From an uncultured Gemmatimonadota bacterium (lineage in GTDB: Bacteria > Blakebacterota > Blakebacteria > Blakebacterales > Blakebacteraceae): 55,971 nt of DNA. The first letter of the stretch is position 1. The number at the start of each line of letters is the position of its first letter. The translations under genes were made by a program, and so were the position numbers. The stretch is taken from NCBI GenBank assembly GCA_964637695.1, contig CAZWVF010000009.1:1-55971 (forward strand), given 5' to 3'. The notes under the pieces were generated by a model. It saw only the letters and a list, made by a program, of their open reading frames with translations, did not search any database and was not told the origin of the DNA. Positions 28,122-37,722 of the stretch are shown one piece after another.

Positions 28122-29000
28122 TCAGATATCCGCCAGAATACCTCTGTAGATCACTCTGACGGGGCCTTCGAGCCAGATATCGTCGATTCCGCTGTCCCCG
28201 CTGCTGAAATAGACATTCAGAACACCACCCATGGCGCGGATCGAAACAGGTGATTCTGCACCCTCCCGGCTCAGGACCAGCGCGGCAGCAGCGGCACCGG
28301 TTCCACAACTGAGAGTTTCCGCCTCCACCCCTCTTTCGAAGGTCCTGATCGCGAAAGAACCGTCTTGATCGGCTTCCTTCGCAACGAAATTCACATTGGC
28401 TCCTTCACTGCCGAGCTGTTCATGCGAACGGAGCCAGAGGCCTATGCTCTCCAGCGGAACCGCTCCGGGATCATCTGTAAGACTCACGAAATGAGGAACT
28501 CCGACATTCAGAAGCGACCCCGTCACCACCCCTTCGCTCGTATCGAGGGACAGTTCCTTCTGACCCGATGAGGAACCGATCGTCACTAACGCCCTGCGCT
28601 CCCACCCGATGGCAACGTGTCTTCCATCCGCGGCTTCAAAAGTGACCGACCAGATCTGTTTCGCACCGATGCCTTCCGGAAGGTTCCATCCTTCCGGTTT
28701 GGGTGTATCTACGGTCAATTCTGAACCAAGACCGTTCTCCACTGCGGCAGCCCATGCAAGACAACGGGCTCCATTGCCGCACATTCGTCCCTCCCGGCCA
28801 TCTGCATTGAGAAACACCATCTGAAAATCGAATTCTTCTGAATTGCGAAGCAGCAGCACGCCATCGGCTCCCACACCGGTTCGGCGTGCGCACAGATCGG
28901 CCCATCTCTCCCGAGAGGTTCCGGTTACGACCCCTTTCCGGTCATCGATCACCAGGAAGTCATTTCCGGCGCCTGTCATCTTGAAGAATGGTATGCTCAC
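28122..29000 (-). CDS. dapF: Diaminopimelate epimerase
   Basis: KMTGAGNDF, GVGADG, NADG...MCGNGARC, VGVPHFV, GANVNF, TFERGVEAETLSCGTG. Confidence 0.93.
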   Translation of the reverse strand: MSIPFFKMTGAGNDFLVIDDRKGVVTGTSRERWADLCARRTGVGADGVLLLRNSEEFDFQMVFLNADGREGRMCGNGARCLAWAAAVENGLGSELTVDTPKPEGWNLPEGIGAKQIWSVTFEAADGRHVAIGWERRALVTIGSSSGQKELSLDTSEGVVTGSLLNVGVPHFVSLTDDPGAVPLESIGLWLRSHEQLGSEGANVNFVAKEADQDGSFAIRTFERGVEAETLSCGTGAAAAALVLSREGAESPVSIRAMGGVLNVYFSSGDSGIDDIWLEGPVRVIYRGILADI

Positions 29001-30787
29001 TGCAGACCTCCCGATCCCTGCCTTGCCTGATCACCTGTTCCCAGGATCAGAGGAATATCGTAAACACTTTCAAAAGTATCGATAACATACAGAGTATCGG
29101 ATATCACTCCCACCTCTTCGGCAGGACGAAAAGGATTTAAAGAACCGACATCCACGACTCCGTCTCCATCTGTGTCAGCATAGCCCCATACCCAGTATGG
29201 ACCTACAGGAAGATCGGGAGTAAACAGTTCACCCGGCGCGGCAAGTTCGACTTCTGTTCTCGGTGTGGTTCCGCTGCCGACCCCTTCCAGGATTATCCGG
29301 TACATGCCCTGTGGAGGAAGCGGCTTACCTTCTACTCTGAACCTCAGCGTACCTTTGCCTGCAGGCCTGATGCCTCGCCACGTTGCAGAATAATCTTCAG
29401 GAGGACCGATCAATCCCGTCCACGACTTCAGGCTTTCACTTTTAATTATAAGATCGAACAGGGCATCGGGAATAACCGGGTCGAGCACTACCAGCTCGAC
29501 AATACGCGCGTCGAGCCAGTTCGACTCCAGCCCGATCGTGTCCTGACCGCTTAAGATCCACTGTTCGAGCCCACTCGCATCTATCTCAGTTGAGAAGGTA
29601 AGCCTTATTTTCGCACCCTGGTTCAGACTCAGACTCGAATCGGCTGGAGTTATTTCGGTTACTGCCGGCCGGGTCGTATCTGACTGGGCGGGGACGGAGA
29701 ATGTGATCGGGCGAGATGCAGCACGTCCCGGATTACCCCGAGCATCCCTTACTTCCAGAAGATTCGCCTGATAGCGGATACCGGGCTGAAGTCCTTCAAC
29801 CTGAACAATAAGAGTAGCCGGCAAATTGAGAGATAAATAACCACGCATCACATTAACCTGGTCCGTACTGCTTTCGACATTCCCTTCAGCGGTATACGGC
29901 GCAAACGCAACGGCGGGCAGAGTGCCTTCTGCGGGAGGTTCTGTGAACCTGAGATTCACGAAATCACTATTCGGTGCAGAGGCTGACCTCAGGGCAGGTC
30001 CAGTTGTATCTCTCAGAGCGAGATTCAGCATCATCCCATTCACGGGTATATCTTCCTCCTCACACCTCACCTCGAAAGGTGGTACCGCCAGAGGATCGCT
30101 GTCCAGATTATATATTCCGTTGCGATCTGTATCCCTGAAAGCAAATACCCGGTAGATACCTTCTGACATGTTGGACTGCTCGAACCTGCCAGAATCGTCC
30201 GCCTGGGTTATATAGAGGGGTATGGTTCTATCCGGCTCTGATATAAGGGCTGGATTTGCCCTGGAATTAATCTCCGGGTCGTCTCCTACAGGATAAATCC
30301 AGATCCACGCTCCGGGCACGAATCTGCCATTCTCGACAACAGCTCCTCCGACAGAGGACTGATCGAGCACCGGACCTGTCGAGAAGGCAAGGGTTGTTGC
30401 CCTGCCGAGCCGGTTCCTCTGCGTATCGGTCGCATCGGCACCAAGGGTAACCACGATGGTTGTGTTTTCCCGCAACAGCTCAAGAGGTATCAGGCGCAGT
30501 TCTCTGCCTCTCCATTCAACTCGGAGAGTTGGACCGATATCCGGAGTGAAGAAGAGTGCACGTTCGGTTGAACGGTGATCCATGGATTCAGAGAATCTGA
30601 ATACGATCGACTCTCCCCGGTTTACATTGGTCGAACCGGGATCGGGGTATACTCCAACGACGAGCGGGGCTTCCTGATCTACAGGTCCGCCTGGAGGCAC
30701 CCCCTCCTTGGCACACCCTGCGGCACCAGTAAGCAGGATCACAGCCAGAAGAATAAGTTGTCTCTGATTCAGCTCTCTTTTCACCAC
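28997..30787 (-). CDS. Lipoprotein with bacterial Ig-like (Big_5) domains
   Basis: Lipobox AAGC followed by AKEGVPPGGPVDQEAP, FRFSESMD, repeated FS/FT-E Ig-domain motifs. Confidence 0.75.
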   Translation of the reverse strand: MVKRELNQRQLILLAVILLTGAAGCAKEGVPPGGPVDQEAPLVVGVYPDPGSTNVNRGESIVFRFSESMDHRSTERALFFTPDIGPTLRVEWRGRELRLIPLELLRENTTIVVTLGADATDTQRNRLGRATTLAFSTGPVLDQSSVGGAVVENGRFVPGAWIWIYPVGDDPEINSRANPALISEPDRTIPLYITQADDSGRFEQSNMSEGIYRVFAFRDTDRNGIYNLDSDPLAVPPFEVRCEEEDIPVNGMMLNLALRDTTGPALRSASAPNSDFVNLRFTEPPAEGTLPAVAFAPYTAEGNVESSTDQVNVMRGYLSLNLPATLIVQVEGLQPGIRYQANLLEVRDARGNPGRAASRPITFSVPAQSDTTRPAVTEITPADSSLSLNQGAKIRLTFSTEIDASGLEQWILSGQDTIGLESNWLDARIVELVVLDPVIPDALFDLIIKSESLKSWTGLIGPPEDYSATWRGIRPAGKGTLRFRVEGKPLPPQGMYRIILEGVGSGTTPRTEVELAAPGELFTPDLPVGPYWVWGYADTDGDGVVDVGSLNPFRPAEEVGVISDTLYVIDTFESVYDIPLILGTGDQARQGSGGLQ

Positions 30788-32277
30788 CGTAGATCAGGAT
30801 TCTTAGCCGCATGAGCTTCATCTGGACGGCAAACCGGCGTGTGGTGAGGAGCACCCCTGACTGTCAGGGGATCGTCTGCCGCTTCGCGAGCTATCTGCCT
30901 CAATACCTGAGCAAAAGTGTCGAGTGTTTCGCGGGTTTCGGTCTCTGTCGGTTCGATCATCAGAGCCTCTGATACAATGAGCGGAAAGTAAATGGTTGGA
31001 GCATGGAATCCAAAATCGAGCAGGCGCTTGGCGATATCGAGTGTTGTCACACCGTGATTCGATTTCTGCCTGCTGCCCGAGAGCACGAATTCATGCATGC
31101 ATGGTCCCGGGTAAGGCAGGTCATAATCTTCGAGCAGCTGGTTCATCAGATAGTTGGCATTGATAACCGCCGCACGGCTTGCATCTTTCAATCCGTCATG
31201 GCCGAGGGCAATAATGTAACAGTAGGCACGCACCATCACCCCGAAATTACCGTAATGGCCGTGTATCTTCCCGATGCTCTGCGGATAATCCCAAACCCGC
31301 CTGTACACGGACCCGTTCTCCCCGTCAGATTTCTCTTCACGGAGTATGCGCGGAACCGGCAGGAATGGTTCAAGTCGCGATGACACTCCGATCGGACCGG
31401 CTCCAGGCCCCCCTCCACCGTGGGGAGTTCCGAAGGTCTTGTGCAGGTTGAAATGCATGACATCGACTCCGACCTCTCCGGGTAAGACAATTCCCAGAAG
31501 AGCATTCAGGTTCGCACCATCCATGTAAACCAGGCCACCGGCGTCGTGGACCATTTCACATATCCGGTCGATATTCGATTCGAAAAGACCGAGAGTGTTC
31601 GGATTGGTGATCATAAGGCAGGCGACATCCTCGTCGAGCGCCGCCTCCAGTTCTGTCATGTCGACCCGACCCTCTGCATTGCTCTTCAATTCGTGACTGG
31701 TATATCCATTCAACGTCACACTGGCGGGATTGGTACCGTGGGCCGAATCGGGCATCAGAACCCTCTTTCGCTTCTCTCCCTCTCCGCCGACCTCATGGCA
31801 GGCACGGATCACCATCAATCCCGTCAGTTCACCGTGCGCGCCTGCTGCCGGCTGCAGGCTCACCGCATCGAAACCCGATATGGCAGCCAGAAGCCTTTCC
31901 AGCTCCCACATGAGGGCCAGCGCCCCCTGCATCGAACTGTTATCCTGCAATGGATGCATATCTGCTATTCCCGGTAATCTGGCCATCGCTTCGCTGATTT
32001 TCGGATTGTACTTCATGGTACAGGAACCCAGGGGATAGAGGTTCTTGTCCACATGATGGTTTTTGGCCGAGAGACGTGTGAAGTGTCTCACTACCTCACT
32101 TTCACTCAACTCCGGCCAAACCGGAGCCTGGCGCCTCTTCAGCTCCTGCGGTAAATCAGTACCCCGTTCCGGCAATTCCAGTTTCGGAAAGTAAAATCCG
32201 CGCCTCCCCTCCCGGCTCAGATCCATGGAGAGCGGCTCGGGAGCCGATGACCATCCGCTGGGCTGGATCTCCATCAC
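30781..32277 (-). CDS. gcvPB: Glycine dehydrogenase (decarboxylating) subunit 2
   Basis: VVRHFTRLS, YPLGSCTMKYNP, QPAAGAHGE, SAHGTNPAS, HFNLHKTFGTPHGGGGPG, LMIEPTETE. Confidence 0.96.
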   Translation of the reverse strand: MMEIQPSGWSSAPEPLSMDLSREGRRGFYFPKLELPERGTDLPQELKRRQAPVWPELSESEVVRHFTRLSAKNHHVDKNLYPLGSCTMKYNPKISEAMARLPGIADMHPLQDNSSMQGALALMWELERLLAAISGFDAVSLQPAAGAHGELTGLMVIRACHEVGGEGEKRKRVLMPDSAHGTNPASVTLNGYTSHELKSNAEGRVDMTELEAALDEDVACLMITNPNTLGLFESNIDRICEMVHDAGGLVYMDGANLNALLGIVLPGEVGVDVMHFNLHKTFGTPHGGGGPGAGPIGVSSRLEPFLPVPRILREEKSDGENGSVYRRVWDYPQSIGKIHGHYGNFGVMVRAYCYIIALGHDGLKDASRAAVINANYLMNQLLEDYDLPYPGPCMHEFVLSGSRQKSNHGVTTLDIAKRLLDFGFHAPTIYFPLIVSEALMIEPTETETRETLDTFAQVLRQIAREAADDPLTVRGAPHHTPVCRPDEAHAAKNPDLRW

Positions 32278-33632
32278 GACAAAACCCGTGCGAATGAGGA
32301 TGCGAAGGAATCGATTTCGGCCATGGTACGGTTCTCTGTGACGGCCACCGCAAGATCTCCAGGCATCTCTTCACCAAATCCGTTCAGATCCACACCTCCC
32401 AGAAATCCTTCCTCCGCAAGAGCGTCGAGGAGCTGACCGGTATCGCCGGAGAGTGTGAGAGTGAATTCATTGAAAAAGGGAGTGTCTCCGAATGTCAGTT
32501 TCACTCCCGGGATGGCAGCCATCTGCCCGGCCAGGCAGTGAGCCTTCTGCCAGCAGTGTTGTGCAATTTCAGCCAGACCGGCCGGACCGAGCAGGGTCAT
32601 GTAGACAGTTGCCCACGTAGCACAGAGTCCCTGGTTGGTGCAGATATTGCTGGTTGCCTTCGCCCTCCTGATGTGCTGCTCCCTGGTCTGAAGGGTCATG
32701 ACGAACGCCTGTCTGTCCCTGGAATCGACCGTACGACTGATGAACCTGCCCGGCATCCGCCTGATATGCTCGGAACGAGCTGCGAACAAACCCAGATAGG
32801 GGCCACCCAGGCTGAGGGGCAGTCCCAGTGCCTGTCCTTCAGCCGTGGCCACATCAGCACCCCACTCACCAGGTGGAGAAAGAATCCCGAGACTGATGGG
32901 GTAGACCGTGGCGACCACCAGAGGCGGTTTCTGAGAGTCAGACCGGATTATCTCGACCAGCCTGCCCGGCTCCTCCAGAGCTCCGAAGAAGTTGGGCTGC
33001 GACAGGATAACCGCACAGGCAGGTTCGGCAAGCGCTTCCCTGAGTGCCGATTCATCTGTGCGGCCGCTTCCGGTCAAGCCAACCGTAACAACTTCGATCT
33101 TCAGTCCGGCGGCATAGGTTGCGAGCAGTTTCCTGTAATGAGGATTGACTCCGCCGCTCACGACGACACGGTCGACTCCGCGTGTCGAGCGGGCCAGCAG
33201 CATAGCCTCGGCCAGGGCGTGCCCCCCGTCGTAGAGACTCGCATTGGCCACTTCCATTCCCATCAACTCGGCCACCAGTGACTGGAACTCGTAGATCACC
33301 TGAAGTGTGCCCTGACTGACCTCGCTCTGGTAAGGCGTGTACGCCGTTGTAAACTCAGACCTGGAGACGATTGTATCGACCGCAGCAGGTATGAAATGAT
33401 CGTACGCTCCGCATCCCGCAAAACAGACAAGGCTGGAACTGCCCCTGTTCATGGATGCGTACTCTTCCACCCTGGCCCTTACTTCCATTTCCGAAACACC
33501 CTCCTGTATCGGAATCGGTTCCTTCATAAGAAGATGTTCGGGAATTCCCTCAAGCAGGTCTTCGAACCGTCCGGCCCCTATCGAGCGAAGCAGCTCCAGC
33601 TGCTCGCCTTCACTGGAGGGCGCATAGCGCAC
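32274..33632 (-). CDS. gcvPA: Glycine dehydrogenase (decarboxylating) subunit 1
   Basis: GAYDHFIP, EFTTAYTPYQSEVSQGTLQ, NASLYDG, GGPYLG, QTREQHIRRAKATSNICTN; GTG start at 33632 (MRYAP). Confidence 0.96.
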   Translation of the reverse strand: MRYAPSSEGEQLELLRSIGAGRFEDLLEGIPEHLLMKEPIPIQEGVSEMEVRARVEEYASMNRGSSSLVCFAGCGAYDHFIPAAVDTIVSRSEFTTAYTPYQSEVSQGTLQVIYEFQSLVAELMGMEVANASLYDGGHALAEAMLLARSTRGVDRVVVSGGVNPHYRKLLATYAAGLKIEVVTVGLTGSGRTDESALREALAEPACAVILSQPNFFGALEEPGRLVEIIRSDSQKPPLVVATVYPISLGILSPPGEWGADVATAEGQALGLPLSLGGPYLGLFAARSEHIRRMPGRFISRTVDSRDRQAFVMTLQTREQHIRRAKATSNICTNQGLCATWATVYMTLLGPAGLAEIAQHCWQKAHCLAGQMAAIPGVKLTFGDTPFFNEFTLTLSGDTGQLLDALAEEGFLGGVDLNGFGEEMPGDLAVAVTENRTMAEIDSFASSFARVLS

Positions 33633-33637
33633 AACGG

Positions 33638-34027
33638 TTACTCCCCGCCTTCGCCGATCAGCTCTCCATAGGCCTCGGCACTCAACAGTGCATCCAGCTC
33701 GGCGGGATCGCTCATCCGGATCTTGAGCATCCACCCGTTTCCGTACGGATCCTCGTTCACCATTTCGGGGCTGTCCACCACTGCATCATTAATCTCCATA
33801 ACTTCCCCGCTTATCGGTGCATAGAGCTCGGCAACCGCCTTGACGGCCTCGATCGTTCCGAATTCCTCACCGGCAGCGGTGGGTGAGCCGGTCTCGGGCA
33901 GTTCGAGGAATACTACATCACCCAGTTCGCCCTGAGCGAAATCGGTAATGCCTATAACTGCCGTATCACCCTCAACCCGGCACCATTCATGCTCGCTGCT
34001 GTAGACTAGATTTTCAGGAATGTTCAT
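33638..34027 (-). CDS. gcvH: Glycine cleavage system H protein
   Basis: YSSEHEW, GITDFAQGELGDVVFLELP, EAVKAV lipoyl lysine, NEDPYGNGW. Confidence 0.97.
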   Translation of the reverse strand: MNIPENLVYSSEHEWCRVEGDTAVIGITDFAQGELGDVVFLELPETGSPTAAGEEFGTIEAVKAVAELYAPISGEVMEINDAVVDSPEMVNEDPYGNGWMLKIRMSDPAELDALLSAEAYGELIGEGGE

Positions 34028-34063
34028 GGATGCTCCCTGACGTGGCGGCCTGATGCCGCGCAG

Positions 34064-35431
34064 TTAGTGTGTTTCAGCAGGTCTGCTCTGAGAGAGCAGT
34101 CTTTCAATGTAGGAGGTGGTCACCTCCCTGCCCTCTATGAAGAGGGGATCGTTCATTATCCTGATGTGCAGCGGGATGGTCGTCTTGATCCCCTCCACGA
34201 CGAATTCCTCAAGTGCTCCTCTCATGCGCGCGATTGCCTCCTCGCGCGTGGAGCCGTGACAGATAAGCTTGCCCAGCATCGAGTCGTAATAGGGCGAGAT
34301 CTCGTATCCGGCATAGATATGCGTATCTACCCTTATCCCGTGCCCACCGGGCAGGTGAAGCGATTCGATGCGGCCGGGTGACGGAGCGAAATTGTTATCG
34401 GGGTCTTCGGCATTGATCCTGCATTCGATCGAGTGACCCCGTAATTCGATCTCCTCCTGCGTAACGCTTAACTGTTCACCCGCAATCGATCTGATCTGCT
34501 CCTTCACCAGATCGATGCCTGTCACCTCTTCGGTAACCGGATGCTCAACCTGGATCCGGGTGTTCATTTCCATGAAATAGAAGTGTCCATCTCTATCAAG
34601 CAGAAATTCGATGGTGCCGGCCCCCCGGTAATCGACCCGCTTCGCACCCTCCACAGCCGCCGCACCGATCGACACCCTCATCTCTGAATTGACCACGGGA
34701 GACGGACTCTCCTCGACCAGCTTCTGATGCCGTCTCTGGGAACTGCAGTCCCGCTCTCCCATATGGATTACATTGCCGTGGGAATCGCCCATCAACTGGA
34801 CCTCGATGTGACGCGGCTCCACTATCGCCTTTTCGAGATAGCAATCATCGTTGTCGAACGCCGCCTTCGCTTCCGAGCGGGCGAGGGTCCACCGCAGCTC
34901 GAGTTCCTCTTCGCTTTCTGCCAGCTTCATCCCCTTTCCTCCACCACCGGCCGTGGCCTTGATCATCACCGGATACCCGATCTCTTCGGCTGTCTGCCGT
35001 GCCGTTTCCAGGTCGGGTACGATACCTTCGGAACCCGGTATCACCGGAACACCCGCTTCCATCATGAGCTTCTTTGCCCTTGCTTTGTCGCCCATCATAC
35101 GGATCTGTTCCGAGGTTGGACCGATAAAGGTGATCCCGCACTCCTCGCACATGTCCGCAAAACCGGCGTTCTCGGCCAGGAAACCGTACCCGGGGTGGAT
35201 GGCATCGGCGTTGGTGATCTCGGCGGCGGCTATTATGTGCGGAATGTTCAGATACGATTCGACACTTGGAGGGGGACCGATACACACTTCTTCGTCGGCA
35301 AATCTGACATGGAGGGATTCGGCATCGGCTTCGCTGAATACCGCGACGGTTTTTACACCCAGTTCCCTGCATGCACGTATAATGCGAAGTGCTATCTCAC
35401 CACGGTTGGCTATCAGGACCTTGCGAAACAC
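34064..35431 (-). CDS. accC: Acetyl-CoA carboxylase biotin carboxylase subunit
   Basis: [69 protein letters not shown]. Confidence 0.96.
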   Translation of the reverse strand: MFRKVLIANRGEIALRIIRACRELGVKTVAVFSEADAESLHVRFADEEVCIGPPPSVESYLNIPHIIAAAEITNADAIHPGYGFLAENAGFADMCEECGITFIGPTSEQIRMMGDKARAKKLMMEAGVPVIPGSEGIVPDLETARQTAEEIGYPVMIKATAGGGGKGMKLAESEEELELRWTLARSEAKAAFDNDDCYLEKAIVEPRHIEVQLMGDSHGNVIHMGERDCSSQRRHQKLVEESPSPVVNSEMRVSIGAAAVEGAKRVDYRGAGTIEFLLDRDGHFYFMEMNTRIQVEHPVTEEVTGIDLVKEQIRSIAGEQLSVTQEEIELRGHSIECRINAEDPDNNFAPSPGRIESLHLPGGHGIRVDTHIYAGYEISPYYDSMLGKLICHGSTREEAIARMRGALEEFVVEGIKTTIPLHIRIMNDPLFIEGREVTTSYIERLLSQSRPAETH

Positions 35432-35458
35432 TGGAACTCTCTTCCCGGCTGGACGCCG

Positions 35459-36559
35459 CTACTCTTCGTCATCCTGACCAGTATCAGCACCTCCGCCGGT
35501 GATACCCTGGATCGCCAGGTCGAATTCAGAGGGATTGCTGGAATTGATCTTTGCCACTTCATACTCGACAAGCCCCTCCTGGAACTGCTCCAGAATGCAC
35601 TGGTCGAACGTCTGCATGCCGTACTGGCTCCTGCCGTCTCTGATTAATTCGGGAAGTTCATGCAGGCGACCCTCTTCGGCGATGATATCCTGAATCAACG
35701 CCGTATTGACCATCAGCTCCACACTGGGAACCCTTCCACCCCCCTTCTTCGGCAGCAGACGCATGCTGATTGTAGCAACCAGGACTCCCGAAATGAGTTC
35801 CCGGACCGCCTGATGATCGTGCGGAGGGTAGAAAGAAAGAATCCTTGTTATGGTATGCCTGGCATCGGTTGTATGCAGTGTAGAGAAAACCAGGTGCCCT
35901 GTTTCTGCTCCTGCCAGAGCTTCCGCCATGACCTCCTCGTCACGGATCTCCCCCAGCAGTATCACATCGGGATTCTGACGGAAGATCTGCTTCAGTCCAT
36001 CAGAATAGGAGAGCGTATCGATGCCCACTTCACGCTGGCTGATGCCGGCAAGCTGCTCTTCGTGTATGAACTCGACCGGGTCCTCCAGGGTTATCATCTT
36101 GACTCTTCTGTTTTCGTTGATGTGGCGCAGCATCGCAGCCAGGCTCGTCGATTTGCCGCTTCCGGTAACCCCGGTGACGAGTATCAGTCCCCTTTTTGAA
36201 AGGGCCAGTTCGGACACCTTCGCCGGCAGGTTCAGTGTCTCCAGTCTGGGGATTTCAAGCGGTATATACCGGATGGCCAGATTGAGGCGGTCGAGGGCAA
36301 CGTACGCATTGATTCGGAAACGTCCCACACCGTCCAGCTGATATCCACCGTCCCCCTCGTTCACCTCTTCGAAACGGGCGTACTGTTTTGGATCGAGGAG
36401 CTTCTGGATAGCAATCATCATATCTTCACGCGAGACCGGATCCACTTCGAGCCTGCGAAGGGCGCCATCTATACGTAAAGCCGGTTTGAAGTCCTGCTGG
36501 AGATGAAGGTCGGAAGCGTTGAAATTCACCATCTGTCCGAGTATTTGATCTATCTCCAC
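35459..36559 (-). CDS. PilT/PilU-family type IV pilus ATPase
   Basis: ASDLHL, GRFRIN, Walker A GVTGSGKST, TLEDPVE, QREVG, ILLGEIRD, AETGHLVFSTLHT, GMQTFDQ. Confidence 0.9.
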   Translation of the reverse strand: MEIDQILGQMVNFNASDLHLQQDFKPALRIDGALRRLEVDPVSREDMMIAIQKLLDPKQYARFEEVNEGDGGYQLDGVGRFRINAYVALDRLNLAIRYIPLEIPRLETLNLPAKVSELALSKRGLILVTGVTGSGKSTSLAAMLRHINENRRVKMITLEDPVEFIHEEQLAGISQREVGIDTLSYSDGLKQIFRQNPDVILLGEIRDEEVMAEALAGAETGHLVFSTLHTTDARHTITRILSFYPPHDHQAVRELISGVLVATISMRLLPKKGGGRVPSVELMVNTALIQDIIAEEGRLHELPELIRDGRSQYGMQTFDQCILEQFQEGLVEYEVAKINSSNPSEFDLAIQGITGGGADTGQDDEE

Positions 36560-36560
36560 G

Positions 36561-37067
36561 TCAGGCCTCCGGATCCAGTACTATCATCATCTGGTTGTAT
36601 TCGACCGGCATGGCGTTATCCACCAGAATCTTGACAACCTTGCCGCCATTCTCTGCCTGGATCTCATTCATCAGCTTCATCGCCTCAACTATACAGACCA
36701 CCTGACCGGCCTTGATGATGTCCCCTTTTTCAACATAAGCAGGAGCGTCCGGCGCCGGTGCACGGTAGAAGGTTCCTACAATAGGAGAACGGATTATATG
36801 ATGGGTCTTTTCTGAGTATTCCACTTCTGCGACCGCTGCATCTGATTCAACCGTCTCCGGGGCACCACTTGCTGCCTGCGGCGAAGGCGATTGCATCCCG
36901 GAAACCTCAACCACAGGTGTTCCATCTGTTCCCGACGGAATCAGGCTGACAGCACCGGTACGTCGGGCTACGCGGAGTCTCTCACCCCACCACTTCCGTA
37001 CCTCGATCTCATCGACATCGGTTTCTTCGAGGATCTTGATCAGCCTGCGTATCTCCCGTTCGTTCAT
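36561..37067 (-). CDS. accB: Acetyl-CoA carboxylase biotin carboxyl carrier protein
   Basis: IRSPIVGTFYRAP, IVEAMKLMNEI biotin motif; ATG 37067 with AGGAGAG SD. Confidence 0.95.
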   Translation of the reverse strand: MNEREIRRLIKILEETDVDEIEVRKWWGERLRVARRTGAVSLIPSGTDGTPVVEVSGMQSPSPQAASGAPETVESDAAVAEVEYSEKTHHIIRSPIVGTFYRAPAPDAPAYVEKGDIIKAGQVVCIVEAMKLMNEIQAENGGKVVKILVDNAMPVEYNQMMIVLDPEA

Positions 37068-37087
37068 ACAGCCACTCTCCTGCACTA

Positions 37088-37129
37088 GTTAGTTTCCGTT
37101 CGGAAACACGTTAGTTTCCATCCGGAAAC
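37088..37129. repeat. Two 20-bp direct repeats, each holding a GTTTCC-N4-GGAAAC palindrome
   Basis: GTTAGTTTCCGTTCGGAAAC (37088..37107) and GTTAGTTTCCATCCGGAAAC (37110..37129), 22-bp period. Confidence 0.7.
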
Positions 37130-37135
37130 CAAGGA

Positions 37136-37156
37136 TGAAAACCAGTACGGTTTTCA
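37136..37156 (-). terminator. Stem-loop immediately after efp (possible terminator or processing signal)
   Basis: Perfect 8-bp stem TGAAAACC-N5-GGTTTTCA, 5 nt after the efp stop; no strong U-tract. Confidence 0.4.
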
Positions 37157-37161
37157 ACCAG

Positions 37162-37719
37162 CTAAACTCTGGTTATGTACTCACCGGTCGAAGTATCCAC
37201 CTTAAGAACATCTCCGACATCAACAAACAACGGGACCTGTACAGTCGCTCCTGTTTCAAGTTCGGCCGGCTTGGAGCCTCCGGTAGCTGTATCGCCCCGC
37301 ACACCCGGTTCTGTCCTGACCACCTCTAATTCGACAAACTGGGGTACTTCTACCCAGAGCGGCTTCTCCTCATACCAGAGAACCTTAACAGTAGTATTTT
37401 CCTTCATGTAAGGAACAGCTTCCTTCAACAGTTCGGTGCTCAGCGGGTGCTGCTCATAGGTCTCTTCATCCATGAAGTAGTAGAGACCGTTGCTTTCATA
37501 AAGAAATTGCATGGAACGGGCGATAATCTTCACTTCTACGATCTTTTCACCTGCCCTGAATGTGTTCTCGATAACGGCACCATCGGAGAGTCGACGCAGT
37601 TTGGTCCGTACGAACGCTCCGCCCTTGCCAGGCTTCACATGGAGGAATTCGAGGACCTTCCACAATTCCCCCTCCATCTGAAATGTCATGCCATTACGGA
37701 AATCAGCAGTTGTTGCCAT
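37162..37719 (-). CDS. efp: Translation elongation factor P
   Basis: HVKPGKGGAFVRTKL, TFRAGEK, MQFLY, TEPGVRGDTATGGSKPA, VPLFV, YITRV. Confidence 0.97.
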   Translation of the reverse strand: MATTADFRNGMTFQMEGELWKVLEFLHVKPGKGGAFVRTKLRRLSDGAVIENTFRAGEKIVEVKIIARSMQFLYESNGLYYFMDEETYEQHPLSTELLKEAVPYMKENTTVKVLWYEEKPLWVEVPQFVELEVVRTEPGVRGDTATGGSKPAELETGATVQVPLFVDVGDVLKVDTSTGEYITRV

Positions 37720-37722
37720 TAT

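Noticed and set aside
25249-29000. PLP enzyme as lysA, paired with the neighbouring dapF
   Set aside because: It is on the opposite strand within a different operon, lacks the catalytic Cys, and is coupled to lipid-type genes; the proximity looks coincidental.
34028-34063. Glycine riboswitch upstream of gcvH
   Set aside because: The interval is only 36 nt and lacks aptamer motifs.
37088-37129. Integron attC site
   Set aside because: GTTAGTT does not fit GTTRRRY, there is no matching RYYYAAC partner box, and there is no integrase or cassette array.
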